Shown: positions 9,011 through 18,835 of the stretch, piece by piece
How the letters are laid out: each line of letters starts with the position of its first letter
How positions within the stretch are numbered: position 1 is the stretch's first letter
IMG/VR virus record: IMGVR_UViG_3300021085_000025
Span: 1,205 to 65,204 of that record
Strand: one strand, 5' to 3'
Source: a virus
Lineage: Duplodnaviria; Caudoviricetes
DNA length: 64,000 bases
The notes under the pieces: model-generated
The model's input: only the letters and a program-made list of their open reading frames with translations
Told to the model about the DNA's origin: nothing
Databases searched by the model: none
Program-made: the position numbers and the translations under genes

Positions 9011-10158
9011 AATACCCTAAGTAGTATGCAATCGGCATTGATTCTACCATTAGGAACGCTAACCTTTGTAGTTAATGTATCCCAGACTTGTTTGTCGATT
9101 TGCTTTATTGTTTTACTTAAGATCAATGGAAGTATATCGTCTGGCTTTCTCAAAGTAGTCACTCTACTTTTCTCGCAAATATTCTTTATGGTAGTACCAC
9201 TTACCTCAAACCCTTTGGTTGAATTTGTGTTATACTGAGTCAACTTTCTAGTCTTAGTATTGTATACAAATAAAACTTCTTTACCAGGAATCATTACAGG
9301 GTTTACCGACATTAGTTTTGCGTCGATATCTTCAACCTTATACTTAAGGTTTTTTACCTGTACATCTGAAGTTTTAGGCTTCTTGACCCTTGGAATTCTT
9401 GCTGCTTTATTAGCAGTCTTTAACTTATCTAGATCTTCAAAGACATTTTCCATAGTGGCCATCATCTTCTTAAGATTTGATTTACTAATATGCGAAAAAG
9501 CTTCTACTGCTTGATCACATGTATTATCATGAGCATCCTTAACTGGAGCATATTCATTAGCAACTAAATCCCTAAACATGTTTAACGTCGTACCTTTCAA
9601 GCCGTAATGCTTAAATAATTTATACGTATCAAAGTTTGGTTTAAAGTCACCTTCCAGCCATCCATCAATGACTTTATCCCAGTCATCCATTATGGTATCA
9701 AATATTTTCGCCTTTTGCCTCTGTTGAATAGTAACAACAGGCTTCGTTGGTGTTTGTTCTTTGATTTCTTCTACAGCAACAGTGGCCTTTTCGTACAGTT
9801 CTTTAAGCTCTGTATTGTATCTTTCAAACTCTTGTTTATTATACTCAAAGCCTCTATAGTATATCTTAGCGACTTTACCTAAAGATCCAGTGAGTTCCCA
9901 GTCTTTGAGCTTTTTAAGGGTTTTGATTTGGTCTTTATCATATTCAAAGACCTCTTCAGCAAATTGTAATACTGTAGGCACGTAGTCCTTTGCGCTATAA
10001 AAGTAGTTATACCATTGGGCAGCTTTTGACCATAAGACATGACGTTTCTCGTTTTTTAGAGTTTCGCCCTTTTCAAAGATTGGCTCAGGGCCCATATACT
10101 TATCGTCAATGGTTACCCGATTCTTTCTCATACTTGTTCGTACTTTATTTTCTGCCAT
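9007..10158 (-). CDS. Conserved T4-like phage hypothetical protein
   Basis: 383-aa ORF; C-terminal VYNTKTRKL..Y...GTT..TLRKP..NGRIN motif. Confidence 0.6.
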   Translation of the reverse strand: MAENKVRTSMRKNRVTIDDKYMGPEPIFEKGETLKNEKRHVLWSKAAQWYNYFYSAKDYVPTVLQFAEEVFEYDKDQIKTLKKLKDWELTGSLGKVAKIYYRGFEYNKQEFERYNTELKELYEKATVAVEEIKEQTPTKPVVTIQQRQKAKIFDTIMDDWDKVIDGWLEGDFKPNFDTYKLFKHYGLKGTTLNMFRDLVANEYAPVKDAHDNTCDQAVEAFSHISKSNLKKMMATMENVFEDLDKLKTANKAARIPRVKKPKTSDVQVKNLKYKVEDIDAKLMSVNPVMIPGKEVLFVYNTKTRKLTQYNTNSTKGFEVSGTTIKNICEKSRVTTLRKPDDILPLILSKTIKQIDKQVWDTLTTKVSVPNGRINADCILLRVL

Positions 10159-10172
10159 AATATAATCTAAAC

Positions 10173-10400
10173 CTATACTCTTTCGTAACTCTTGATACCG
10201 CTAACATAATTTTCAGCAGCGTCTTCTGCATACTGCTCACTATGACCCTTGTACCATTCAATACCTAATGACTCACCATCGATATACATACGTATACCGT
10301 AATATGGATCATCTCCAAATGACCTTAGCACATCGGCTTTACGGTTTGCAAAGCTTTCTGAACCAGTGTACTCACTGAGTACCATATATTTATTTGACAT
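10173..10400 (-). CDS. Hypothetical protein
   Basis: ORF in operon; YAEDAAENYV motif. Confidence 0.55.
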   Translation of the reverse strand: MSNKYMVLSEYTGSESFANRKADVLRSFGDDPYYGIRMYIDGESLGIEWYKGHSEQYAEDAAENYVSGIKSYERV

Positions 10401-10602
10401 TGCCGTTCTCCCACATTTCCTTTAGCTTAATGTATGACAACACTCGTATTTCTTCTCGAGATAAATCCGGATGTCTCTCTTGCAAATCTTTGCGAACCTG
10501 GTATTTTATCTCAGAGTCTTTTAATAAAAGATATGCACCCCCGCAAAGGACTACAAATACTACTAGTGCTACCAATGTTAAAATTGTTGATAATATTTCC
10601 AT
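10390..10602 (-). CDS. Small membrane protein
   Basis: N-terminal TM helix. Confidence 0.5.
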   Translation of the reverse strand: MEILSTILTLVALVVFVVLCGGAYLLLKDSEIKYQVRKDLQERHPDLSREEIRVLSYIKLKEMWENGNVK

Positions 10603-10603
10603 A

Positions 10604-10909
10604 CTACTTTCCTATATGTTCCACATCGTTGTGCGGAATCACTTGATATGCACCTTTGTTGTATGCTGGTGCGACTGTAAAATTCTTGGATTCTTCTGCT
10701 TTCCAAGAGGTGTCTTCAGGAACCTCATAACGAGAATTTCCTGTGTGCGATGGATATTTATTGTTAAACTCTTCCATCCTTTGTTCCGCAAAAGTCTTTT
10801 CTTTTTTAAGCGGAGTGAATACTTGTTTGGCCTTACGCCTTGGGGCAAGTGCTTTCGTCTTTCTCTTCCGGCCGTGTTGATCGTACCGTATCGAACCTAT
10901 GTAATTCAT
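10604..10909 (-). CDS. Hypothetical basic protein
   Basis: C-terminal APAYNKGAYQV motif; tight packing with neighbours. Confidence 0.55.
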   Translation of the reverse strand: MNYIGSIRYDQHGRKRKTKALAPRRKAKQVFTPLKKEKTFAEQRMEEFNNKYPSHTGNSRYEVPEDTSWKAEESKNFTVAPAYNKGAYQVIPHNDVEHIGK

Positions 10910-11127
10910 ACGGTACCAGGAGCCTCAAGTAACAATGAGCTCATTGGTTTTTCTTCTGATACAACAACAAAGGTTCCATCACGGAACTCGCGGGTTACTA
11001 AACCAGAGTTGTATGCCTTCTCTACGTATCCATCTTGTCCTAAGATGTATTCAATTTGTCCTGCCCATTGTTCTACAGCCATCTTGCGTCTTTGATATTC
11101 CACCGAATCAGTGTATTGGGTCATTGG
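10906..11127 (-). CDS. Hypothetical protein
   Basis: ORF with GGAG-type RBS before MTQY; 4-nt overlap downstream. Confidence 0.5.
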   Translation of the reverse strand, partial: PMTQYTDSVEYQRRKMAVEQWAGQIEYILGQDGYVEKAYNSGLVTREFRDGTFVVVSEEKPMSSLLLEAPGTV

Positions 11128-11332
11128 ATACCTCTCCGTCAGTTGGCCAGCCATTTAAAATATCGCCTTCGTACGGTACATTTAGTGTAACATACGGATT
11201 TAATAGCTGACTCTTTTTTTGGGCCCAAAGCTTTTTAAACTCAGGATTCTGAGCACGTGCTTGGGCCCTTTCTAATGCAAGCATTCGCCTTCGAATGCGA
11301 CCACGAATGACTATTCTATTAGTCCCAGTCAT
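11108..11332 (-). CDS. Hypothetical basic protein
   Basis: Fills the gap between neighbouring ORFs; start uncertain. Confidence 0.4.
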   Translation of the reverse strand: MTGTNRIVIRGRIRRRMLALERAQARAQNPEFKKLWAQKKSQLLNPYVTLNVPYEGDILNGWPTDGEVSNDPIH

Positions 11333-11588
11333 TCTTCATCTCGTTGTACACATCCATATACGAAGATCCCGCAATATAGTCTTGGGTCTCCTTTTCGGTG
11401 TAATACATGTTCTCTTCTTTAAAACATTCCAGCGAACCTGGAGATTGTCTAGCTGCTTTCTTCATTGAAGCAGTTAGTCTCGGCGCTTTGTACCTAGGCT
11501 TAGAATAAACCTTAGTTACAGCGCTTTTAAATTCTTTTTTAGCGCGTGCCTTTTCAGCAGCTGCTTTGATCATTGCTAATCTATCCAT
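11319..11588 (-). CDS. Hypothetical early protein
   Basis: AAGGA RBS directly after the early promoter. Confidence 0.55.
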   Translation of the reverse strand: MDRLAMIKAAAEKARAKKEFKSAVTKVYSKPRYKAPRLTASMKKAARQSPGSLECFKEENMYYTEKETQDYIAGSSYMDVYNEMKNDWD

Positions 11589-11615
11589 AACGTATTCCTT
11601 TTAAATAATAGATAT

Positions 11616-11645
11616 ATTATAACACAGTATACAGTAAATGTACAC
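11616..11645 (-). promoter_or_regulatory. Early promoter GTGTACA-N17-TATAAT
   Basis: Consensus match. Confidence 0.8.
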
Positions 11646-11652
11646 AGTTATT

Positions 11653-11856
11653 TTAAATTTCTTCTACAGTAATCCTGTATTTTTTGCCATTGGTGTCTTC
11701 GCACTCGATGGTCTTTGTGGTCGTTTGCATCCAACCTTCTTGATGTAGGTCCATCTTTATATTACCTACACGCGTAATCAATCCGTTAAAACTGGTGCAA
11801 TCTTCATCCAGTCCAGGTTTGATGATAGTATGCGCGATGTAATCGCAATACGCCAT
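11653..11856 (-). CDS. Hypothetical protein
   Basis: Start trimmed to MAYCDY to avoid overlap. Confidence 0.45.
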   Translation of the reverse strand: MAYCDYIAHTIIKPGLDEDCTSFNGLITRVGNIKMDLHQEGWMQTTTKTIECEDTNGKKYRITVEEI

Positions 11857-11863
11857 GTGCATC

Positions 11864-12196
11864 TTACGCGTCCTCCGGACGTAAAGGCGCGCCCTCCTCT
11901 TCGTACTCGTTAGCATCAAAGTCCGCTGGATGGTCGAAAGTTTCATCCATAACATAACCCATGGATTCCTCCATATCAGCTTGTTCGGCCGCATTTTGTG
12001 GTGGGAACATATTAGCCCAATCCGCCGGCGTAAGACCGGAGATTAAGAACTCCCGCTGGTCTGCGGTTGCTTCAGGCATCGCGTCCTGAATAAGAACACC
12101 TTCGTCCTGCCATAAAGCAAACTGGGCTGGAGATGCATTGATCTGCATCATGTTGGTGTTACCAGTGGCCGGGCTTGTTTTTTCACATAAAATCAT
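11864..12196 (-). CDS. Hypothetical early protein
   Basis: LIQDAMP..TADQREFLISG motif; RBS and promoter upstream. Confidence 0.55.
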   Translation of the reverse strand: MILCEKTSPATGNTNMMQINASPAQFALWQDEGVLIQDAMPEATADQREFLISGLTPADWANMFPPQNAAEQADMEESMGYVMDETFDHPADFDANEYEEEGAPLRPEDA

Positions 12197-12233
12197 AATA
12201 TATTCCTTATCAATTTGTTTTGTTTATAGGTGT

Positions 12234-12307
12234 ATTATACCATGCTTTTAAAGGTTTGTACACCTTTTTTTAGACTATTTTGTTATATAAAGCACTTTTC
12301 ATATAAC
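12234..12307 (-). promoter_or_regulatory. Early promoter with 23-bp upstream repeat and inverted repeat
   Basis: GTGTACA-N17-TATAAT; TTTTTTTAGACTATTTTGTTATA at 12265-12287; GTTATAT...ATATAAC. Confidence 0.8.
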
Positions 12308-12319
12308 TTAATAATGATA

Positions 12320-12544
12320 TTATTTCACCCATACTTTGTTGTATTTCTTGGGAAAGTTCTCACAAGAGAACTCACCATCTTCTTTGTGGTTTACTACGCT
12401 AACGCATTCGTTAGTAGTAGTTGACCAATGCACATCTGGTATATCCATAGCCTCTATAAACGCGTTTACCATAAATCCTAGTACTGAACCATATAGTGCA
12501 GCAATAAAGAGTGGATGCAGTTTGTCGTTTGGCTTTCGCATTAT
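12320..12544 (-). CDS. Small membrane protein
   Basis: One TM helix followed by a Cys pair. Confidence 0.5.
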   Translation of the reverse strand: MMRKPNDKLHPLFIAALYGSVLGFMVNAFIEAMDIPDVHWSTTTNECVSVVNHKEDGEFSCENFPKKYNKVWVK

Positions 12545-12819
12545 GCTACCTCTAACATTCCAAGGGGACAGTTCCAAAGTTGACCGTCAATTCTCACAAG
12601 AGCTTTTGCTCTGTTGATCTTAGTGACTTCACCGTACTCAACACCATTTTTACTGTTGAGCTTTACTTTAGCACCAACAAAAAGCGAAGACTTAACACCT
12701 TGAGCTTTGATAGCTCTTAGCTGTTTTTGTTTAATTTTAATCAATTCAATAACTTCACTCATTTCTTCAAGAGAGCTGATTGAGTCAATTGCATCGATTA
12801 TCAGTATAGATTTGTTCAT
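12541..12819 (-). CDS. Hypothetical protein (SH3/KOW-like C-terminus)
   Basis: VGAKVK...GEVTKINR.KA.V...W.C. Confidence 0.5.
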   Translation of the reverse strand: MNKSILIIDAIDSISSLEEMSEVIELIKIKQKQLRAIKAQGVKSSLFVGAKVKLNSKNGVEYGEVTKINRAKALVRIDGQLWNCPLGMLEVA

Positions 12820-12852
12820 AATTTAGATTCCTTATCAATTTTGTATGTATAC

Positions 12853-12927
12853 ATTATACTACAGTTTTTAGGGTTTGTACACTCTTTTTTTAGACTATTT
12901 TGTTATATAAAGCACTTTTTATATAAC
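12853..12927 (-). promoter_or_regulatory. Early promoter with 23-bp upstream repeat and inverted repeat
   Basis: Near-identical to 12234-12307. Confidence 0.8.
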
Positions 12928-12930
12928 CTT

Positions 12931-13356
12931 TTATCCCATAGAGCGCCAGCAATAGTCGTACAGATCTTCTTCTCTTGCGTATGCTTCTTTTTCCCAAGGA
13001 GCATTATCGTAACTATAGTTACGAGGTTTTTTACCTTTCCATGATTGATTCCAACCATTTAGCTCACCGCGGAGATACTGCTTTGCATGTACCATCTCGT
13101 GAGCTAGAGTTTGCATCATCTGATCATGAGGAATTTTTATACCCTCAGAATTACGGGCTATGTTTATATCAACATAACCTTCTTTTGCATCACCCCAACA
13201 GTTTCCCTGGTTATCATCGTCGATAACGGTTTTAAATGTTATGAATATAGCCTTCGACCACATACGACCAATACCTAGCTCTTTACAGAGAGAATCGACG
13301 TAAGCGTAGACTTTCTTCTTATCTTTGATCTGGCCTTTCAAAACAATATGTGGCAT
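12931..13356 (-). CDS. Zincin-like metallopeptidase
   Basis: TLAHEMVHAKQ (HExxH) and downstream PWEKEA. Confidence 0.7.
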   Translation of the reverse strand: MPHIVLKGQIKDKKKVYAYVDSLCKELGIGRMWSKAIFITFKTVIDDDNQGNCWGDAKEGYVDINIARNSEGIKIPHDQMMQTLAHEMVHAKQYLRGELNGWNQSWKGKKPRNYSYDNAPWEKEAYAREEDLYDYCWRSMG

Positions 13357-13382
13357 GAGTGACTCCGCGTTAATATGTGTAT

Positions 13383-13457
13383 ATTATACTCCAGTTTCTA
13401 GGTATTGTACACAACTATTTTAACTTTTTTTAGACTATTTTGTTATAAGGTTATAAC
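13383..13457 (-). promoter_or_regulatory. Early promoter with displaced 23-bp upstream repeat
   Basis: -10 at 13383-13388, -35 at 13406-13412, repeat at 13425-13447. Confidence 0.75.
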
Positions 13458-15289
13458 TTTGGTGAATAAATGGTTATAAGCTCTTCTTTACCCTTAACCT
13501 TGATTTTGCCTATTTCTTCGCATTTATACTCATCTGGAAGCTGTTCTTGAGTATATGACGAGATGATTGTCTTATAGTCTACATACTCATGTCGTGCGGC
13601 AGTTGCCTCGAGACGGGCTGCAAGATTGACTGCATCTCCAATGACTGAGTAATCAAATCTGGATTCAGAGCCCATGTTACCAACAATGCAATCCCCGGTG
13701 TTAACGCCAGTACCGACATTAATATCAGGAAGGCCTCTTGATTTATATACTTCTTTAAGTTCATTTGTTTTAGCCTCTATTTCTATTGATGATTTAACCG
13801 CCATTTCGGCATGGTTATCACAAGGCAATGGCGCATTCCAGAATGCCATGATACAATCGCCCATGTATTTGTCTATAGTTCCGCCATTGTTTAATATGAT
13901 CTTGGTCATAGCATCTAAGAATTCATTGACTAATTCTACTAATCCTTCTGGATCATTATTGTTTTTGTAGTGCTCACTAATAGGAGTAAATCCACATATA
14001 TCCATAAATAAGAATGACATTTCTTTACGGTCTCCACCTAATCTTAACAGCTCAGGATTCTTCTGCAACAAGTATACCTGCTTTGGATCTAAATAAGTCT
14101 CAAACTGTTTTTTGATTTGTTGCCTTAGCATGAATTGTTTGTAAAAGTTGCTAAAACTTGATGAAGCAAACACGATTATATATAGTATCATCGAGTAAGT
14201 CATATCAAGGAGAATTTGAGATTCGTACCAGAAGTAGAAAGAGGCGCCAACTGAAGCAGCAACAATCCCGAAGAAGACAATCATTGACCAAACAATCGGT
14301 AGATAATATACGGCTAAAACAATCACCAGAAACCCAATTACCATTGACAGAATTTCAAGTAGATCAGCCCATAGAGGACGAGATATCGATATTTCATCCA
14401 TTATTGACTGGATGGACGCAGCCTGAATATGATGAGCTGATTGAAGACCAGCAGGAGTCGGAATCTGTGCCGCTAACCCCTTCGCTGTCAATCCAATTAG
14501 AACTGTTTGGCCCTGAAGATCAGGCAGCTTGGTCCCGACCTCTATTTCCATAAATGTATAATTATGGTTAATCCAGAATGATCCATTAGGATCTGTAGTA
14601 ATTCTGAATGGCCTAATAATTATCTCTTCTATACCCACATCGTTTACCTTTACGGTATAAGATAATCGTTCGTTAGACACTCTAAGAAGTTCTAGTGCAA
14701 ACGATGGGTATAGTTCCTTATTAATTTGACTTAATAAAGGTATTCTACGCACTAATCCATCAACTTCTGGCATACCATTTATTAATCCAGTACCCCATGC
14801 ACCTTGTTCTATTTCAGTTATATTTGTAACCAATCCTTTATATCTTATAGCCCAATCCAATGGATCACCTGTACCAAATGTTGCTGAACCTACATACGGT
14901 GCTTTAGTGCTTCTGCCTCTTTCATCTGCATCTTGAGCTAATATAATACCATTGTCGTTTACCCAAGAAGCAAACACTTCATCTCCACCAAATCTATCGG
15001 CTTCTGGAAACATTAAAGTAAATCCAATTAAGCCTGCATTAGCGTTTCTTAAATCTGATATTAATTGCGCATAGGTTTGACGAGGGAATGGGTATTGTCC
15101 TAATAGACCTAAGGATTCTTCTCCTATATTCAACAGAACAATGTCTGATTTCTTTTCCGGAATTGTAGAAATATATTGATCAAACGTGTTGAGTCTTAAT
15201 TGTTCTACCGGAGTTGGATCTGACACCCTTATGCCTATAAGTAAAAAGGCTAAGATGATTGTAGTCCATATTGATGTTAAGTATTTCAT
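13451..15289 (-). CDS. CHASE2-domain class III adenylate cyclase
   Basis: N-terminal TM, CHASE2 (GQYPFPR, DGLVRRIPL), 3 TM, catalytic FMDICGFT, IDKYMGDCIMAF, DYSVIGDAVNLAARLE. Confidence 0.92.
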   Translation of the reverse strand: MKYLTSIWTTIILAFLLIGIRVSDPTPVEQLRLNTFDQYISTIPEKKSDIVLLNIGEESLGLLGQYPFPRQTYAQLISDLRNANAGLIGFTLMFPEADRFGGDEVFASWVNDNGIILAQDADERGRSTKAPYVGSATFGTGDPLDWAIRYKGLVTNITEIEQGAWGTGLINGMPEVDGLVRRIPLLSQINKELYPSFALELLRVSNERLSYTVKVNDVGIEEIIIRPFRITTDPNGSFWINHNYTFMEIEVGTKLPDLQGQTVLIGLTAKGLAAQIPTPAGLQSAHHIQAASIQSIMDEISISRPLWADLLEILSMVIGFLVIVLAVYYLPIVWSMIVFFGIVAASVGASFYFWYESQILLDMTYSMILYIIVFASSSFSNFYKQFMLRQQIKKQFETYLDPKQVYLLQKNPELLRLGGDRKEMSFLFMDICGFTPISEHYKNNNDPEGLVELVNEFLDAMTKIILNNGGTIDKYMGDCIMAFWNAPLPCDNHAEMAVKSSIEIEAKTNELKEVYKSRGLPDINVGTGVNTGDCIVGNMGSESRFDYSVIGDAVNLAARLEATAARHEYVDYKTIISSYTQEQLPDEYKCEEIGKIKVKGKEELITIYSPKL

Positions 15290-15368
15290 ACGTATATATC
15301 TATGAATCTTCCCTTGAGTGCAAGAGGGAATCCGTATTTCATTCGTATTTTTCTTCTTAAATTACTCA

Positions 15369-16085
15369 TCACTCTTGTGTTACCGTTGTAGAGCAGCCAC
15401 CAATCGTCATACAGTCTACACTTAGAGTATATGTTTGATTAGTACCACTCATTTGTTTCAAGATTAGATCTGTTCCGTATAAACCGTCAAGTGTTATGTT
15501 TGCATTGTGAGTTGCGCCAGTGCCTTTTTGACGAATGAACACGTCATTATAATCATTGTAAATAGTAAGGCCTACATTCTTTGCACCATTACTTTGTTGT
15601 TTTATTTGAACTTTATTATAATCTCCGGCTAGATGTAAATCAAAATCATGGCCATCGGATGCACCCGTTTGGTTTGTTTGTTGAACTGCTAATTCATTGT
15701 TGTCGCCGTATAAAGTAATATCTATTTCATGGCCTCCACTTTCATAGTTATCTACCCACCAAGTTAAATCAGTATCAGAATCAAGTGTAGTCCATGCAGC
15801 GCCTTGAGCAAGTTTCATTTGATTACCTATTCCACTTACTTCATCAAAGGTAATTTTATTAGGGAGTCCACCTGTTGATGTGTTAACCTGGACCAAATAC
15901 ATATCTAAACTTGATGCCGTAATATATGAATTCGAGTCTAACATTTCAATATTATTATTATAACCAATTTGATCAACACCCAATTGAAAGTTATCGCCAG
16001 ATTGCTCTAATGATATTACGTTATCGTCAGCAAAACAAATTGCTGGTAATAATAACATACTTAAAACAAATATTAATTCTTTCAT
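15369..16085 (-). CDS. Secreted curlin-like repeat protein
   Basis: Signal peptide; repeated N-x-I/V-x-I/L-x-Q-x-G units; C-terminal Cys pair. Confidence 0.65.
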   Translation of the reverse strand: MKELIFVLSMLLLPAICFADDNVISLEQSGDNFQLGVDQIGYNNNIEMLDSNSYITASSLDMYLVQVNTSTGGLPNKITFDEVSGIGNQMKLAQGAAWTTLDSDTDLTWWVDNYESGGHEIDITLYGDNNELAVQQTNQTGASDGHDFDLHLAGDYNKVQIKQQSNGAKNVGLTIYNDYNDVFIRQKGTGATHNANITLDGLYGTDLILKQMSGTNQTYTLSVDCMTIGGCSTTVTQE

Positions 16086-17195
16086 TTAATTCACCTGATT
16101 TATATAAATGAAGATATCCTCACCCTCATTTCCTGTAATTATTCCATCCCATGTTGGCGTGTATGCTTCTATTGTAAAATTATTACCAGCACCAATCTTC
16201 AAGTTTATAGCTCCATTTAAATTTCTATATAATACTAATGAGCCATCCTGTAGAAACACATTAAACTGTGATTCATCGTTAAATCCTCTTCTTGCGCCCT
16301 TAATCGTAAATTCACCTAATGTGTCAAATAGATCAGAGCTATCTATAATATCTAATACATCTACTAAGTAATCAACGTTTAATTCATCAATATCTAATTC
16401 GTTAAAATCATCAAGTTCATCCTTTTCTAACTCATCCTTTTCTAACTCATCAAACTCAAGAAAATCTATATCTAATATTCCCTGGTCTTCATTTGCATCA
16501 TCGGCCATTTCTTCCTTTATCCTCTCCGTTACTGCTGGTGGAGGTGATACAATAAACATGTTATCGATTAATGCAGGTGTAATGCCATTCACTACTATCG
16601 ACTGTGTTGGTGATGAATCTAATGATGATACCATGGTTGCGGCATAGGCTTCGTTTAATGTAACTACCCCACCTTCATTAGAAACTATTATTTCTCCAGA
16701 TGGATTACCAGTATCATCTGGTAGTAGTATGATTAGGCTTCTGCCTAATTCATCTACAGTTGTTGTAAAATCTGTTCCCCGTACGGCAATCGAGGCAGTA
16801 GGAGTCTTGATATCAATATTGGCTTTATTCACTAATCCCAATCTTCCAGATGCGAATCTTGCCGTTCCCATTGTAAACTTCATACTCATCTTTGAGAGTG
16901 AAGGGTCAGGATCATAATATATTTCGTCTATTAGTACTTCAGAATGTTCTTTTAAAGACAGTTGAGCTTTATCTAAAAACTCAATGAGCATTCTTCCGTT
17001 ACCAGTTTTTGCTTCATCATTTAGTTCTATAGGTATTTGATTAGATACTTTAATTTCTTTACTATTACGCACAATCTGGCTAATGCCAGTCGACTCTACT
17101 ATATCACCAATGGAATTAGCTTCAACTCCACTGGCGAATAGTATAAAACTAACTATCGTTAGCTGCGTCTTTCTGATTAATTTGTACAGTAGCAT
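16086..17195 (-). CDS. FecR-domain periplasmic protein with acidic repeat
   Basis: Signal-like N-terminus; IKTPTASIAVRGTDF FecR motif; DELEK repeats. Confidence 0.8.
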   Translation of the reverse strand: MLLYKLIRKTQLTIVSFILFASGVEANSIGDIVESTGISQIVRNSKEIKVSNQIPIELNDEAKTGNGRMLIEFLDKAQLSLKEHSEVLIDEIYYDPDPSLSKMSMKFTMGTARFASGRLGLVNKANIDIKTPTASIAVRGTDFTTTVDELGRSLIILLPDDTGNPSGEIIVSNEGGVVTLNEAYAATMVSSLDSSPTQSIVVNGITPALIDNMFIVSPPPAVTERIKEEMADDANEDQGILDIDFLEFDELEKDELEKDELDDFNELDIDELNVDYLVDVLDIIDSSDLFDTLGEFTIKGARRGFNDESQFNVFLQDGSLVLYRNLNGAINLKIGAGNNFTIEAYTPTWDGIITGNEGEDIFIYINQVN

Positions 17196-17886
17196 TATCT
17201 GACGTAATATCCAAATTAATGATCGCGTTAGGAGTTGCACAAGGTGAACCTCCCACACAAGTACCTGAAATCTGATTAATATCAATGTCACCACTATCTC
17301 CATTCCACTCTACAGTCAATGATTGAGAACCATCGTTTTGTAATGTGTTGAAGTTATTGCTGTCACCAGTAATATCAAAATTCCAAGTTATATCATCAGA
17401 TTCAAAATCTAAATCAAATACGTTTGAACTACCTAATAGAATTAAATCAGCATCTAGTCTTTCTGCACTTGATCCAACTTTACCTTGATCTATATCAAAT
17501 GTATTACTGTCTCCAGTAATAGCAAAGGCGTAATTAGAAGAATCTGAACTTCCAGTATCTCCAATATTCCAATCAACTTCGTTTGAATCTCCAGTTGTTG
17601 AGAAAGTCAAAGAAGAAGAATCTAAAACCAAAGGACCAAATATTAAGTTCTGATTACCAATTTGATCAATATTAAACGTCAAGCTTGAGCCAACAATTGT
17701 CATATCTGCCGGACTTGATGAAAAATCATTTAAACCAATCTTGTTACCATAACCTACCTGATCAATAAATAATGTTAATGTGTCACCCGTCTGGTCTATC
17801 CTAATTTCATTATCATCAGTAGCCTGCCCGAAAACAAACGGTGTTAATAACAATCCAACGATAGTTATACTTAAAAGTTTATTCAT
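17149..17886 (-). CDS. Secreted curlin-like repeat protein
   Basis: Signal peptide; DNEIRIDQTG and repeated (T)GDSN units; C-terminal Cys pair. Confidence 0.65.
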   Translation of the reverse strand: MNKLLSITIVGLLLTPFVFGQATDDNEIRIDQTGDTLTLFIDQVGYGNKIGLNDFSSSPADMTIVGSSLTFNIDQIGNQNLIFGPLVLDSSSLTFSTTGDSNEVDWNIGDTGSSDSSNYAFAITGDSNTFDIDQGKVGSSAERLDADLILLGSSNVFDLDFESDDITWNFDITGDSNNFNTLQNDGSQSLTVEWNGDSGDIDINQISGTCVGGSPCATPNAIINLDITSDNATVQINQKDAANDS

Positions 17887-18835
17887 TTTCGTTTTCCTCC
17901 TTATTTGCATGTCTTACGTTTTTCCCATCGTGTTGATGTGGATGACGATGACCTGCTGTTATATCCCAGAATTTACGGTCGTGACCCTGGTAGATTAATT
18001 CCAGTACGGCCGCTTCAATAGCTGCACGTACTGCATACGTCACACTCTCATTATTACCCACCCCGTCCTCATATTCTATAAGTTGTGTTCCTTGCTCAAT
18101 GAATTTGAACAAGTCGCCACCACTTCCGTAAGATAATACCGATTTCTTACTCTGGACGTTTAACAATACTTCACCTGTTAATACTGACACTGCTCTCACA
18201 GATACAGTAACAACATCTTTACGATACATTTTACTAAAACCTATACCAAGAGTCCGTGCACCACGACCACCTGTTTCGGTGTTAGTGTCATAACCAATAA
18301 TTCCTCCCTCTATAATCATTCCAGCGAATAAGAGAGGTCCAACTCCTTTTGATTCACCACCTGCGGCTTTAGCCACATCTTGCCGTGTGGATCTTACAAT
18401 CTGCCTTTCCCTTACAAGATTGTCAATACCTTGTCTTTCTACTACTCTGAACCATGTACCACCACCGGCTGTTTTGAGTGCGTCTATCAATAATTCAGTA
18501 CCACCCTGAGTAACTGCGGTAGAGAACGATGCTATGTTATCTACTGATTTTCGTTGGCCTGTTAGATCTTTAAATCCATATACTGCAACAACTGGTTTAT
18601 CCTTTGCTGGAGGTAGATTTAATAGGTCTACATACGCTGGTAATCTAACTGCAGTTGGTTCATCAATACAGATATATTTTCTAGCCATTGCTTTTTGTAT
18701 ACCCATCTGCACATGTCTATTAAAACCTTCGTCATACTTTCCTTCCAAGTCATTGCAATCTTGGTAGTTATCACTCCACTGCGGAACCGACGCGCATCCG
18801 CTAAGCAATAGCAATATGGCTAGATACTTAACCAC
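17879..18835 (-). CDS. csgG: Curli secretion channel CsgG-like lipoprotein
   Basis: Lipobox LSGC; VAVYGFKDLTGQRK, STAVTQG, WFRVVERQG..NL..ERQI, EGGIIGYD. Confidence 0.9.
   Translation of the reverse strand: MVKYLAILLLLSGCASVPQWSDNYQDCNDLEGKYDEGFNRHVQMGIQKAMARKYICIDEPTAVRLPAYVDLLNLPPAKDKPVVAVYGFKDLTGQRKSVDNIASFSTAVTQGGTELLIDALKTAGGGTWFRVVERQGIDNLVRERQIVRSTRQDVAKAAGGESKGVGPLLFAGMIIEGGIIGYDTNTETGGRGARTLGIGFSKMYRKDVVTVSVRAVSVLTGEVLLNVQSKKSVLSYGSGGDLFKFIEQGTQLIEYEDGVGNNESVTYAVRAAIEAAVLELIYQGHDRKFWDITAGHRHPHQHDGKNVRHANKEENENE

Noticed and set aside
10394-11095. 233-aa plus-strand ORF
   Set aside because: Antisense to three well-packed minus-strand genes; implausible composition
12234-13457. Repeats as a CRISPR array
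   Set aside because: Spacing is about 540-620 bp with genes in between; the repeats coincide with promoters
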